This document shows, piece by piece, positions 45,191 to 57,620 of a stretch of 64,000 bases of DNA. Made by a program: the position numbers and the translations under genes. Numbering within the stretch: position 1 is the first letter of the stretch; each line of letters begins with the position of its first letter. Below the pieces are notes generated by a model. That model had not been told where the DNA came from. It saw only the letters and a list, made by a program, of their open reading frames with translations, and did not search any database. Source of the DNA: the human T2T-CHM13v2.0 reference genome, Homo sapiens; the NCBI RefSeq assembly GCF_009914755.1, contig NC_060947.1; one strand, written 5' to 3'.

Positions 45191-48100
45191 GAACATTCTT
45201 TTTCTTTTGAATGGACTTGACACCCTTCTCAAAAATCAGTTGTCCACAGATATATGTGTTTATTTCTGGAATCTCAACTCTAGTCTATTGATTTATATGT
45301 CTATGCATATGCCAGTACCACACTATTCTGATTACTGTAGCTTTGTCACAAGTTTTGAAATCAGGGAATGTTAAGTTTTCTAATTTTTTTTCTTCTTGTT
45401 CAAGATTGTTTTGGGGACTAGGGGCCACTTACAATTCCATGGGAATTTTAGGATTAGCTTTTCCATTTCGGCAAAAATTCCTGTTGATATTTTGATAGCT
45501 ATTACATTTAATCTGTAGATTGCTTTGGTTATTATTGTCACCTGAACAATATTTAAGTCTTCCAAACCATGCGCATGAGATAGCTTTCCATTTATTTAGG
45601 TTTTCTTGTCTTACTTTCAACAATGTTTTGTTGTTTCCAGTGTACAAGTGTTTCACGTCCTTGATTAAATTTATTTGTAAATATTGTATTTTTTGGATGC
45701 TATTTTAAATGGAACTGGTTTACTGATTTCCTTTTCAGATTTTTATACTAGTGTACAGGCATAAAACTTTTTGTGTGTTTTTTTCTTGAACCCTGTAACT
45801 TTTCTGAATTTGGTTTACATTTTTTGTAGACTCTTTAGGAAAATCTCTATATAAGATCTTTTTTTTTTTTGGATATGCTTTTTTTTTTTCTTTTTAGTAT
45901 TTATTGATCATTCTTGGGTGTTTCTCGGAGAGGGGATTTGGCAGGGTCATAGGACAATAGTGGAGGGAAGGTCAGCAGATAAACATGTGAACAAGGGTCT
46001 CTGGTTTTCCTAGGCAGAGGGCCCTGCAGCCTTCCACAGTGTTTGTGTCCCTGGGTACTTGAGATTAGGGATTGGTGATGACTCTTAACGAGCATGCTGC
46101 CTTCAAGCATCTGTTTAACAAAGCACATCTTGCACCTCCCTTAATCCATTTAACCCTGAGTGGACACAGCACATGTTTCAGAGAGCACGGGGTTGGGGGT
46201 AAGGTTATAGATTAATAGCATCCCAAGGGAGAAGAATTTTTCTTAGTACAGGACAAAATGGGAGTCTCCTATGTCTACTTTTTTCTACACAGACACAGTA
46301 ACAATCTGATCTCTCTTTCTTTTCCCCACATTTCCCCCTTTTCTATTCGACAAAACCGCCATCGTCATCATGGCCCGTTCTCAATGAGCTGTTGGGTACA
46401 CCTCCCAGACGGGGTGGCGGCCGGGCAGAGGGGCTCCTCACTTCCCAGACGGGGTGGCCGGGCAGATGCGCCCCCACCTCCCGGACAGGGCGGCGGCCGG
46501 GCGGAGGCGCCCCCCACCTCCCTGGTGGGGTTGCTGCTGGGCAGGGGCTGCCCCCCACCTCCCGAATGGGGCGGCTGGCTGGGCGGGGGTTGCCCCCCAC
46601 CTCCCTCCCGGATGGGGCGGCTGGCCGGGCTGGCTGCCCCCCACCTCCCAGATGGGGTGGCTGGCTGGGCGGGGGCTGCCCCCCACCTCCCTCCCGGACG
46701 GAGCGGCTGGCTGGGCGGGGGCTGCCCCCCACTTCCCCGACGGGGCGGCTGGCCAGGTGGGGGCTGCCCCCCACCTCCCTCCCGGATGGGGTGGCTGGCT
46801 GGGCGGGGGCTGCCCCCACCTCCCTCCTGGACAGGGCGGCTGGCCAGGCGGGGGCTGCACCCCACCTCCCGGATGGGGCAGCTGGCCGGGCGGGGGCTGC
46901 CTCCCTCCTCCTGGACAGGGTGGCTGCCGGGCGGAGACGCTCCTCACTTCCCAGACGGGGCAGCTGCCAGGTGGAGGGGCTCCTCACTTCTCAGACGGGG
47001 CGGGCGGGCAGACATGCTCCTCACCTCCCAGACAGGGTGGTGGTGGGGCAGAGACACTCCTCAGTTCCCAGACGGGGTCACGGTTGGGCAGAGGCGCTCC
47101 TCACATCCCAGACGGGGTGGCGGTTGGGCAGAGACACTCCTCAGATCCCAGACGGGGTCGCGGCCGGGCAGAGGTGCTCCTCACATCCCAGATGGGGCGG
47201 CGGGGCAGAGGCGCTCCCCACATCTCAGACGATGGGCGGCCGGGCAGAGACGCTCCTCACTTCCTAGACGGGATGGCGGCCGGGAAGAGGCGCTCCTCAC
47301 TTCCCAGACTGGGCGGCCAGGCAAAGGGGCTCCTCACATCCCAGATGATGGGTGGCCAGGCAGAGACGCTCCTCGCTTCCCAGGCGGGGTGGCAGCCGGG
47401 AAGAGGCTGCAATCTCAGCACTTTGGGAGGCCAAGGCAGGCGGCTGGGAGGTGGAGGTTGTAGTGAGCCAAGATCATGCCACTGCACTCCAGCCTGGGCA
47501 AGATTGAGCACTGAGTGAGCGAGACTCCATCTGCAATCCCGGCACCTCGGGAGGCCCAGGCTGGCAGATCACTCGTGGTCAGGAGCTGGAGACCAGCCCG
47601 GCCAACATGGCAAAACCCTGTCTCCACCAAAAAACACAAAAACCAGTCAGGTGTGGTGGCGTGCGCCTGCAATCCCTCGGCAGGCTGAGGCAGGAGAATC
47701 AGGCAGGGAGGTTGCAGTGAGCCGAGATGGCGGCAGTACAGTCCAGCCTCCGCTCGGCATCGGAGGGAGACCGTGGAGAGGGAGAGGGAGAGGGGGAGGG
47801 GGAGAGGGAGCTATATAAGATCTTATCATCTGTGAATACACAGAATTTTACTTCCTGTTGCAATTTGGATGACTTACTTTTATATCTTACCTGATTGCTC
47901 TTCCTGGAACTTCCAGTACTATGTTGAATAGAAGTGGCAAAAGTGCGTATTCTTGTCTTGTTCCCAATCTTAAGGGGAAAGCAGTCAGTCTTTCACCATT
48001 GAGTATGATCCTAGCTGTGAGTCTGTCATAAATGTCCTTTATACTATTGAGGAAGCTTCCTTTATTTCCTAGTTTGCTGTACGTTTTTATCATAAAAGCA

Positions 48101-49710
48101 TGATAGATTTTTAATGCATTCTCTGAATCCATTGGCATGACCTTGTGGTTTTTCTTCTTCATTATATAAATGTGCATTACATTGATTGATTTTTGTATAT
48201 TGAAATGCCCTTGAATTTCTGGAACACATTCAGTTTAGTCATGGTATATACTCCCTTTAATATTCTGTTGGATTCAATTTACTACTAATTTGTTGACTTT
48301 TTTCACCCATATTATTAAGGGATATTGGTCTATAGTTTTCTTTTTTGAGATGTATCTGCTTTTGGTGTCAGGATAATTCAGGCTGACCTCTAGAGTGAGT
48401 TAAGAAGTGTTCTGTCATCTTCTAATTCTTGAAAGAGTTTTAAAAGGATTGGTTTTAATTCTGTTTTAAATATTTGGTAGAATTCATGAGTGAAGCTATC
48501 TTTGCCTGGACTTTTCCTTATTGGGAGGTTTTTAATTACTGATTCTATGTCTGTACTTGTTACAGGTCTTTTGAGATTTTCTAGTTCTCTGTGTCAGTTT
48601 AAGTAATCCATGTGCTTCTAGGCTCGCTTTCATTTCAGCTTATGGTTATTTGTGTGTTTTATTTTTCTTAAGTTGTAAGTTGAGCTACAACTCTGTTGTT
48701 TTTTTAACTTTCTATTTCATTTCTCTCCACTCTAATCTTTGTTATTTCCATCCTTCTACTAGCTTTAGATTTAGTTTTCTCTTCATTTTATAGTTTCTCA
48801 ATGTATAAAGCTAGGTTGTTCATTTGAGATCTTTCTTTTATAATGTAGGCATTTACATTACATATCAGATAAACTTCCCTCTGAGCACTGACTTCATTGC
48901 ATCCTATACTATTTATCATGTTGTTTTTTCTCATTTTCATTTCTTCTTCAGTGTTTTCTAATATGCTTTGTGATTTCTTAATTCATTGTTTCAGAGTATG
49001 TTGTTTACTTTCCAAATATTTGTGATTTGTACAGCTTTCCTTCAGTTATTGATTTCTACCTTCACTCAATTGTGGTCAGAGAAGATATTGTGTATGAAAT
49101 CAGTCTTTTTAAATTAATTGAGACCTACCATACACCCCCTATGCCTATGCCATAGGTGTTGTGGCTTAACAGATGTCCTATACTTGAGAATATTCCACAT
49201 GTACTTGAGAATAATGTGCATTGTGGTGCAACTGGGTGGATTGTTTTGTATATATCTGTTATATCTAGTTGGTTTATGCTGTTATTCATGTTCCATTTCA
49301 TAATTGAACATAAGGTTTGAACCCTTCAACTATGGTTTTAGAACTATTTTTTCCTTTTAAATTAGTCAATTTTTGCTTCATTCATCATGGGACTCTGTTG
49401 TTAAATGCACCTATGTTTATCACTGACATATTTCCCAGGTAAATTTACCCTTTGATCACTATGTAATGTCCTTCCCTGTCTCTTGTAACAATTTTTTACT
49501 CAGTTCCAAAATGCCTAATATTAGTATAGCTACCCCCAGCTCTCTTTACTGTTTGCATGAAATAACTTTTTGCTTCCTTTCACTTTCAACTTATTTGTGT
49601 TTTGCGATCTATAGTGAGTCTTCTGTTGGAAGCATATAGTTCATCATGGCTTTTAAAAATCACTTATGGCAATCTTTGTCTTTTGGTTGGAGGGTTTAAT
49701 CCATTTATAC
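45191..49710 (-). mobile_element. Old L1M ORF2 fragment interrupted by the SVA
   Basis: ORFs 45380..45565(-) and 47887..48177(-) are degenerate L1 RT ([15 protein letters not shown]); sequence is colinear across the SVA. Confidence 0.85.
45861..47810 (-). mobile_element. Full-length SVA retrotransposon (older, B/C-like)
   Basis: Poly-A, SINE-R (about 45895-46390), GC-rich VNTR, Alu-like region, (CCCTCT)n hexamers at about 47775-47810; TSD CTATATAAGATCTT at 45847-45860 and 47811-47824. Confidence 0.97.
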
Positions 49711-49714
49711 ACTT

Positions 49715-50755
49715 TTTAGTATTTTTAATTTCAAAATAAAAATTGTATACATTCATGGGGTACAATGTGATATTTCTATGCAGAAATATATTGTTGAATG
49801 ATCAAGTCAGGCTAATTAAATATCCATAATTTCACATACTTATTATTTCTTTGTAATGAGAACATTAAAATCCAGTCCTTAAATAATTTTTAAGTATACA
49901 ATACATTATTATTAACTACAGTTACCATTCAATGAAATAGATCACCAGAACTTAATCCTCATGTCTAACTGAAATTTTGCACCCTTTGACCAACATTTCC
50001 CCTTTCCCCATACACCCAACCCAAGTCCACCATTCTTCTCTCCACTTCTATGTGTTTGACTTTTTAAGATTCCACATAAGTGAGATCATGTCATATTTAT
50101 CTTTTGTGCTTGGCTTATTTCACTTAACATACTGTCTTCTAGGTTCATCCATGTTGTCACAATGGAAAAAACTTCCTTCTTTTTTATGGCTGAATACTGT
50201 TTCATTTGAGATACATATATATATAGTTAAAAATGTATTCACGTGTTGATAGGTGATGAACTTTTCTTTTCTCAGCTATTATGAGTAATAATGTGATGAA
50301 CATGGCAATGTAGTCATGTCTTTGACATACTGACTTCATTTCTTTGGATATATATCCAGAAGGGGACTGCTGGATCATACGCTAATTGTATTTTTATTTT
50401 TGGGTGGATCCTCCATACTGTTTTCCAAAATGGCTATACTAATTCACATTCCCATCAACAGCATACAATTGTTCCCTTTTCTTCACATCCGCATCAGCAC
50501 TTACCTTTCATCTTTTTGATCATAGGTATTCTAACATGTATGAGGTGACATCTCACTGCACTTTTGATCTGCATTTCTCTGATGATTAGTGATACTGAGT
50601 ATTATTTGATATATCTGTTGGTCATTTGTATGTCTTCTTTTGAGAAATGTCTACTCTGGTCCTTTGCCCATTTTTTTTCAATTCAGATATTTGTTTTCTT
50701 GTTAATGAGTAGTTTGAGTTTCATATATATTTTTAATATAAGCTCCTTTTCTGAT
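49715..50755 (-). mobile_element. L1MA-type 3' end
   Basis: ATTGTATACATTCATGGGGTACAATGTG, GATTCCACATAAGTGAGATCATG, TTTGAGAAATGTCTA. Confidence 0.8.
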
Positions 50756-51339
50756 GTAGTAATCCATCTTGGCCAATGCCCTAACTTTTCAAACAGGCTC
50801 CCCATGACTTTCCTGTGAGGCATTAGGCAGTCTATTGTATGTCTCAATCATAGCATTTTGCCCAGGGAAGCTTCAGGTTTTAGTTATCCACACAATGTTT
50901 TTCAGCAATGACTGCTGCTTTCTCACACTGAGTGGACTCCACATTAGGTGAAACAGAGATGACTGCCTGTGTCACTCCTTCAGGCAGCTCCCAGATGGTT
51001 AGGAAAGACACATGGAAAAATCTGTGAGTATGGTCTGTTCTGCTTCCTCCAGAGTCTAGAATCAGGGTTTCACACTGGGAACACAGGTTGCCATCTTTAA
51101 GATGGCTACAGAGCCATGGAGGGGGCGGGGCAATGTGAAGTAAAACACCACAAAGCTTTCCCACCATTTCATATTTGCTTTCTTTTTGATTCACCACATT
51201 TTGTTTGTGTTGCTATAAAACTTCGACTGTTTGCCAGAGTTCTGACAACTTCGTTCTAACTTCTGCTTATTTCTCAGTGTTACTGTGAAGGAACAGCATC
51301 TGGAGCTGCCCACTTCACCATTTTGTTGATGTTTTATCC

Positions 51340-52200
51340 TCAACAGCTTGAGAAAATCTTCTCTAGAATTCCACCCTTCTATTTTTCACTCACTCTTTTG
51401 CTAATACACAAAACTTCCTTATTCCCCATGTCATACCCACTTCCTTATTCCTCACTGTCATACCCACTCAGCAACACAGAACCTTAAATGAACCCAAACA
51501 TCTACCTCTTTCTTACCTTCATTGGGACTTTCTCATTCACATGGATAAAAATCACACAGCCAGGCATACTGGTTCCATTCCACATTTGTGATCACCAACT
51601 GCAGGTGGATTTTCCACTATGCTGAACAATTATACAATATGGATCATATGTCAGCAAATCTTTTCAATGTATGCAAGAACTCTTCTGAGCCTGTTCCTTT
51701 CTCCTCAAACATTTGACCATGGGTTCCTGTTTGCCCCTTCACTCTTAAAATATTACTTTATTTCCTACCTCAAGGATCAATAAAAGCCATTCTATGGGAA
51801 ATCTCTCAACATCCTCTTGGATGTAGGAATTCAACTTCACTCGAAACATCTCCTTATCACTCCCTCCTGCTGCATAGAATAGGTTTTCCCACTCTGACCA
51901 AAGCCCAGTCCCTACAACTCTGCAGCAGATCCCATTTTTCTCTACCTTATCAGGAAATGTCTTCTATTATTCATCTCTTTGCTCTCCTCTATTTTCTATC
52001 TCTCCTCTATGCTTGTTCACTCTAATTAGCACTTAAACTCAGTCCTCTCTTGTCATTAAAATAAATGATAAAGATCAATAAGTGAGATCATGCCATTAAA
52101 GGAACATCAGGTGCAGGGGCCAAGTGGTAGGGCATTGCTCTCATATAATCACATCTTTCTCCTTCACTGTTTAAAAAATGTTGACTAGATTTGTTTTGTG
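51340..52200 (-). mobile_element. L2 fragment
   Basis: Pyrimidine-rich L2-like text; boundaries approximate. Confidence 0.45.
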
Positions 52201-52219
52201 TACTTTAAAAATATTTATA

Positions 52220-55150
52220 GATTCTCAGGCAAGATGGCTGAATAGGAACAGCTCCGGTCTGCAACTCCCAGCGAGACCAATGCAGAAGGCGGGTGATTTC
52301 TGCATTTCCAACTGAGGTACATGGTTCATTTCATTTGGACTGGTTAGACAGTGGGTGCAGCCCACGGAGGGCGAGCAGAAGCAGGGTGGGGTGTTGCCTC
52401 ACCCAGGAAGTGCAAGGGGTTGGGGAACTCCCTCTCCTAGCCAAGGGAAGCCCTGAGGGACCCTGCCGTGAAGGATGGTGCTATCTGGCTTAGATACTAT
52501 GCTTTTCCCATGGTCTTCGCAACCCACAGACCAGGAGATTCCCTCAGGTGCCTATACCACAAGGGCCCTGGGTTTCAAGCACAAAACTGGACAGCTGTTT
52601 GAGTAGACACCAAGCTAGCTACAGATTTTTTTCGTACCCCAGTGGCGCCTGGAATGCCAGTGAGACAGAACTGTTCACTCCCCTGGAAAGGGGGCTGAAA
52701 CCAGGGAGCCAAGTGGTTCTGCTCAGTGGATCCCACCCCCACAGAGCCCAGCAAACTAAGATCCACTGGCTTGAAATTCTGGCTGCCAGCACAGCAGTCT
52801 GAAATCAACCTGGGGTGCTCGAGCTTGGTGGGGGGAGGGGCATCTACCATTACTGAGGCTTGTAGGCGGTTTTCCCCTCACAGTGTAAACAAAGCCACCG
52901 GAAAGTTCAGAATGGATGGAGCCCACCACAGCGCCGCAAAGCCACAGTAGCTAGACTGCCTCTCTAGATTCCTCCTCTCTGGGCAGGGCATCTCTGAAAG
53001 AAAGGCAGCAGCCCCAGTCAGGGGCTTATAGATAAAACTCCCATCTCCCTGGGACAGAGCACCTGGGGGAAAGGGTGGCTGTGGGCACAGCTTCAGCAGA
53101 CTTAAACGTTCCTGCCTGCCAGCTCTGAAGAGAGCAGTGGATCTCCCAGCACAGTGCTCAAACTTTGCTAAGGAACAGACTGCCTCCTCAAGTGGGTCCC
53201 TGACCGCCATGCCTCCTGACGGGGAGACACCTCCCAGCAGGGGTTGACAGACGCCTCATACAGGAGAGCTCCGGCTGGCATCTGGTGGGTGCCCCTCTGG
53301 GATGAAGTTTCCAGAGGAAGGAGCAGGCAGTAATCTTTGCTGTTCTGCAGCCTCTGCTGGTGATATCCAGGTAAACAGGGTCTGGAATGGACACCCAGCA
53401 AACTCCAGCAGACCTGCAGACAAGGGGCCTGACTGTTAGAAGGAAAACAGAAAGCAATAGCATCAACATGGAAAAAAAGGACAACCATGCAAAAACTCCA
53501 TCCGAAGGTCACCAATGGCAAAGACCAAAGGTAGATAAATTCACGAAGATGAGGAAAATCCAGCACAAAAAGGCTGAAAATGCCAAAAATCAGAATGCCT
53601 CTTCCCCTCCAAAGGATCACAACTCCTCACCAGCAAGAGAACAAAACTGGATGGAGAATGAGTTTGACGAATTGACAGAAGTAGGCTTCAGAAGGTGGAT
53701 AATAACAAAGTCTTCCAAGCTAAAGAAGCATGTTCTAACCCAATGCAAGGAAGCTAAGAACCTTAATAAAATGTCAGAGGAATTGCTAACTAGAATAACC
53801 AGTTTAGAGAAAAACATCAATGACCTGATGGAGCTGAAAAACACAGCACGAGAACTTTGTGAAGCATACACAAGTATCCATAGCCAAATAGACCAAGCGG
53901 AAGAAAAGATATCAGAGATTGAAGATCAACTTAATGAAATAAAGTGTGAAGACAAGATTAGAGAAAAAAGAATGAAAAGGAACGAACAAAGCCTCCAAGA
54001 AATATGGGACTATGTGAAAAGACCAAACCTACATTTGATTGGTGTACCTGAAAGTGACGGGGAGAATGGAACCAAGTTGGAAAACACTCTTCAGGATATT
54101 ATCCAGGAGAACTTCTTCAACCTAGCAAGATAGGCCAACATTCAAATTCAGAAAATACAGAGAACACCACAGAGATACTCTTCGAGAATAACAACCCCAA
54201 GACATATAATCATCAGATTCACCAAAGTTCAAATGAAGGAAAAAATGTTAAGGGCAGCCAGAGAGAAAGGTCAGGTTACCCACAAAGGGAAGCCCATCAG
54301 ACTAACAGCGGCTCTGTCTGCAGAAACCCTACAAGGCAGAAGAGAGTAGGGGCCAATATTCAACATTCTTAAAGAAAAGAATTTTCAACCCAGAATTTCA
54401 TATCCAGCCAAACTAAGCTTCATAAGTGAAAGAGAAATAAAATCTTTTACAGACAGGCAAATGCTGAGGGATTTTGTCACCACCAGGCCTGCCTTACAAG
54501 AGCTCCTGAAGGAAGCACTAAATATGGAAAGGAAAAACCAGTACCAGTCACTGCAAAAACAAACCAAAATGTAAAGACCATCAACACTATGAAGAAACTG
54601 CATTAACTAATAGGAAAAATAACCAGCTAGCATCATAATGACAGGATCAAATTCACACATAATAATATTAACCTTAAATGTAAACTGGCTTAATGCCCCA
54701 ATTAAGAGGCACAGACTGGCAAATTGGAAAAAGAGTCAAGACCCATCAGTGTGCCGTATTCAGAAGACCCATCTCACATGCGAAAACACACACAGGCTCA
54801 AAATAAAGGGATGGAGGAAGATTTACCAAGCAAATGGTTAAAAAAAAAAAGGAGTGGTTGCAATCCTAGTCTCTGATAAAACAGAGTTTAAACTAACAAA
54901 GATCAAAAAAGTCAAAGAAGGGCATTACATAATGATAAAGGGATCAATGCAACAAGAAGAGCTAACTATCCTAAATATATATGCACCTAATACAGGAGCA
55001 CCCAGATTCATAAAGCAAGTTCTTAGAGACCTACAAAGAGACTTAGACTCCCACACAATAATAGTGTGAGACTTTAACATCCCACAGTGAATATTAGACA
55101 GATTAACGAGACAGAAAAGTAACAAGGATATTCAGGACCTGAACTCAGCT
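52220..55150 (+). mobile_element. L1PA (about PA5-7) 5' half: full 5'UTR, ORF1 with premature stop at 54131-54133, broken ORF2 start; 3' end missing
   Basis: CAAGATGGCTGAATAGGAACAGCTCCGGTCTGC start; ORF1 ...NEQSLQEIWDYVKRPNL; ORF2 MTGSNSHI at 54638; ends at GAACTCAGCT. Confidence 0.92.
52230..52238 (+). promoter_or_regulatory. YY1 motif of the L1 internal promoter
   Basis: CAAGATGGC at the canonical position in the L1 5'UTR; activity not shown. Confidence 0.6.
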
Positions 55151-57620
55151 TCTTGATTTTGCCTTAATGTCATTACTTACCCAAAAGTCATTCAGGAGCA
55201 GGTTATTTAATTTCCATGTAAATTTATGGTTTTAAGTGAACTCCTTAGTCTTGATTTCTAATTTGATTGCCCTGTAGTCCAAGAGATTGTTTGTTACAAT
55301 TGCAATTGTTTTTAATATGCTGAGGAGTTTTTTCCTTCCAATTATGTGATTGATTTTAGAGTGCCATGTGGTGATAAGAAGAACATACTTTCTGTTGTTT
55401 CTGGTTGGAGAGTTCTGTAGATGTCTATTATGTCCATTTGATCCAGTGCTGAGTTCAGGTCCCAAATATCCTTGTTAATTTTCAGTCTTGATGATCTCTC
55501 TGATATTGTCAGTGGGGTGTTAAAGTCTCCTACTATTATTTTGTGGGAGTTTAAGTCTCTTTGAATATCTCTAAGAACCGTGAATCTCCTCCTGTGTTGA
55601 GAGCATACATATTTAATGTGATTAGGTCTCGTTGTGTTGAACCCTTTACCATTAGATAATGCCATACTTTCTCTTTTTTGATCGTTGGCTTAAAGTCTGT
55701 TTTGTCTGAAATTAGGATTGAAACCATTGTTTTTTTTTCCTGTTTTCCATTTGCTTGATAGATTTTTCTCCATCCTTTTATTTTGAGCCTGTGTCATTGC
55801 ATGTGAGATGGGTGTCTTGAAGACAGTATACCAATGTGTTCTTTATCCAGTTTGCCATTGTATGCCTTTTCATTGGGGCATTTAGCCCATTTACATCAAA
55901 GGTTAGTATTGATATGTGTGGATTTGATCCTGTCATCATGATGTTAGCTGGTTATTTTGCAGACTTCTTTATGTGGTTGCTTTATAGTGTCACTGGTCTG
56001 TGTACTTCAGTTTGTTTTTGTAGTGGCTGATAATGGTCTTTCCTTTCCATATTTAGTGCTTCCTTCAGGAGTTCTTGTAAGGCAGGTCTGGTGGTAAGAA
56101 ATTCCCTCAGCATTTTCTTGTCTGAATATGATCTTATTTCTCCTTCATGTATGAAGCTTAGTTAGGCTGTGTATGAAATTCTGGGTTGGAATTTCTTTTC
56201 TTTAAGAATGTTGAATATAGGTCCCAATCTCTTCTGGCTTGTAGGGTTTCTGCTGAGAGGCCTGCTGTTAGTCTGAGGTGCTTCCCTTTGTAGGTGACCT
56301 GTAGCTTTCTCTCTAGCTGCCTGTAACATTTTTACTTTCATTTGGACCTTGGAAAATCTGATGATTATGTGTCTTGGGGATGGTCTCCTTTTGAAGTATT
56401 TTATTGTGGTTCTCGGCATTTTCTGAATTTGAGTGATGGCCTCTCTAGCTATGTTGGGGAAGTTCTCATGGATGATATCATGAAATATGTTTTCCAGGTT
56501 GGTTCCATTCTCCCCATCTTTTTCAGGGATACCAGTGAGTTGTACTTTGGTTCTCTTTACATAATTCCACATTTCTTGGATGTTTTGTTCACTGTTTCTT
56601 TTTTCTCTATTCTGTCTGACTGACTTATTTCAGAAAGCCAGTCTTAAAGCTCTGAGACTTTTTCCTCTGTTTAGTCTATTGTGCTACTAATACTTGTGAT
56701 TGCATTGTGAAATCCTTGTAGTGTATTTTTCAGCTCCATCAGGCCAGTTACATTCTTTTCTATACTGTTTATTTTGTCCGTCAGCTCCTGTATTTTTTAT
56801 CATGATTTTTAGCTTCCCTGCATTGGGTTTCAATGTACTCCTGTAGCTCAGTTATCTTCATACCAGTTAATATTCTGAATTCTCTTTCTGCCATTTCAGC
56901 CAACTTACCCTGGTTTAGAACCCTTGCTGGAGTGGTGATGAGATCATTTGGAGGAAAAACGGCTTTTTGAGTTATCAGGGTTCTTGTGCTGATTCTTTCT
57001 CATCTTTGTGGGCTTATCATCCTTCAATCTTTCAGGTTGCTGACCTTTGGATGGGTTTTTTTTTCTTTTATCCTATTTGATGACCTTGCGAGTTTGATTG
57101 TGACATAAGGTGGATTCAGCCAACTGGCTTTATTTCTGGAAGATTTTATGGGGCCAATGCTCAGCTCCCAACTTCTGGACTGTTGCCCTAACTCTGGGGG
57201 ACTTGTATTGGGCCCTAACTTTCCTCTCTAGATCCTTGAGGTTAGGAATCCACTGTGCTGGGGAGGCTGAGGTGCTCCCAGGCTGCTGGTCACTCCACTC
57301 TGATGGGTGGTTTCAGCCAAAGCATTTCATAATGTGGTGAGAGCAGGATCTGTCCTCGTTTGCACATGCCAGTAGCAGTGGTAATGGCAGCTGAAGCAGA
57401 ATGTTTGTGGATGCCAGGGTGCCTGCTTCCCTGCAAGCATTCACCACAGTGGTGGAGGCAATGCAGGTGTGTGGGGATGGGGTCCCTTGCTGGCAGCCAT
57501 GTACGTGGTTATGCTGGAGGTGGTGTTTGTTCCGGGATGGGGTGCTGGCAGGCACAGGTCTAGATGCCTTCTTTGTGCCCCACAAGCAGGAGTGCATACT
57601 AAGGGGTAGGATCTGCTCTA
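55151..57620 (-). mobile_element. Older L1PA/L1PB 5' half (part of 5'UTR, ORF1, EN); 3' end missing
   Basis: ORF 56162..56572(-) is ORF1-like (ENGTNLENIFHDIIHENFPN); 55342..55665(-) is EN-like (IVGDFNTPL). Confidence 0.85.

Noticed and set aside
46258-47672. Six overlapping long Gly/Pro/Arg-rich ORFs (up to 401 aa)
   Set aside because: Stop-poor reading of the SVA VNTR in all frames; not a gene.
51414-51469. About 28-bp tandem duplication (CTTCCTTATTCC...GTCATACCCA)
   Set aside because: Simple local slippage inside an old repeat.
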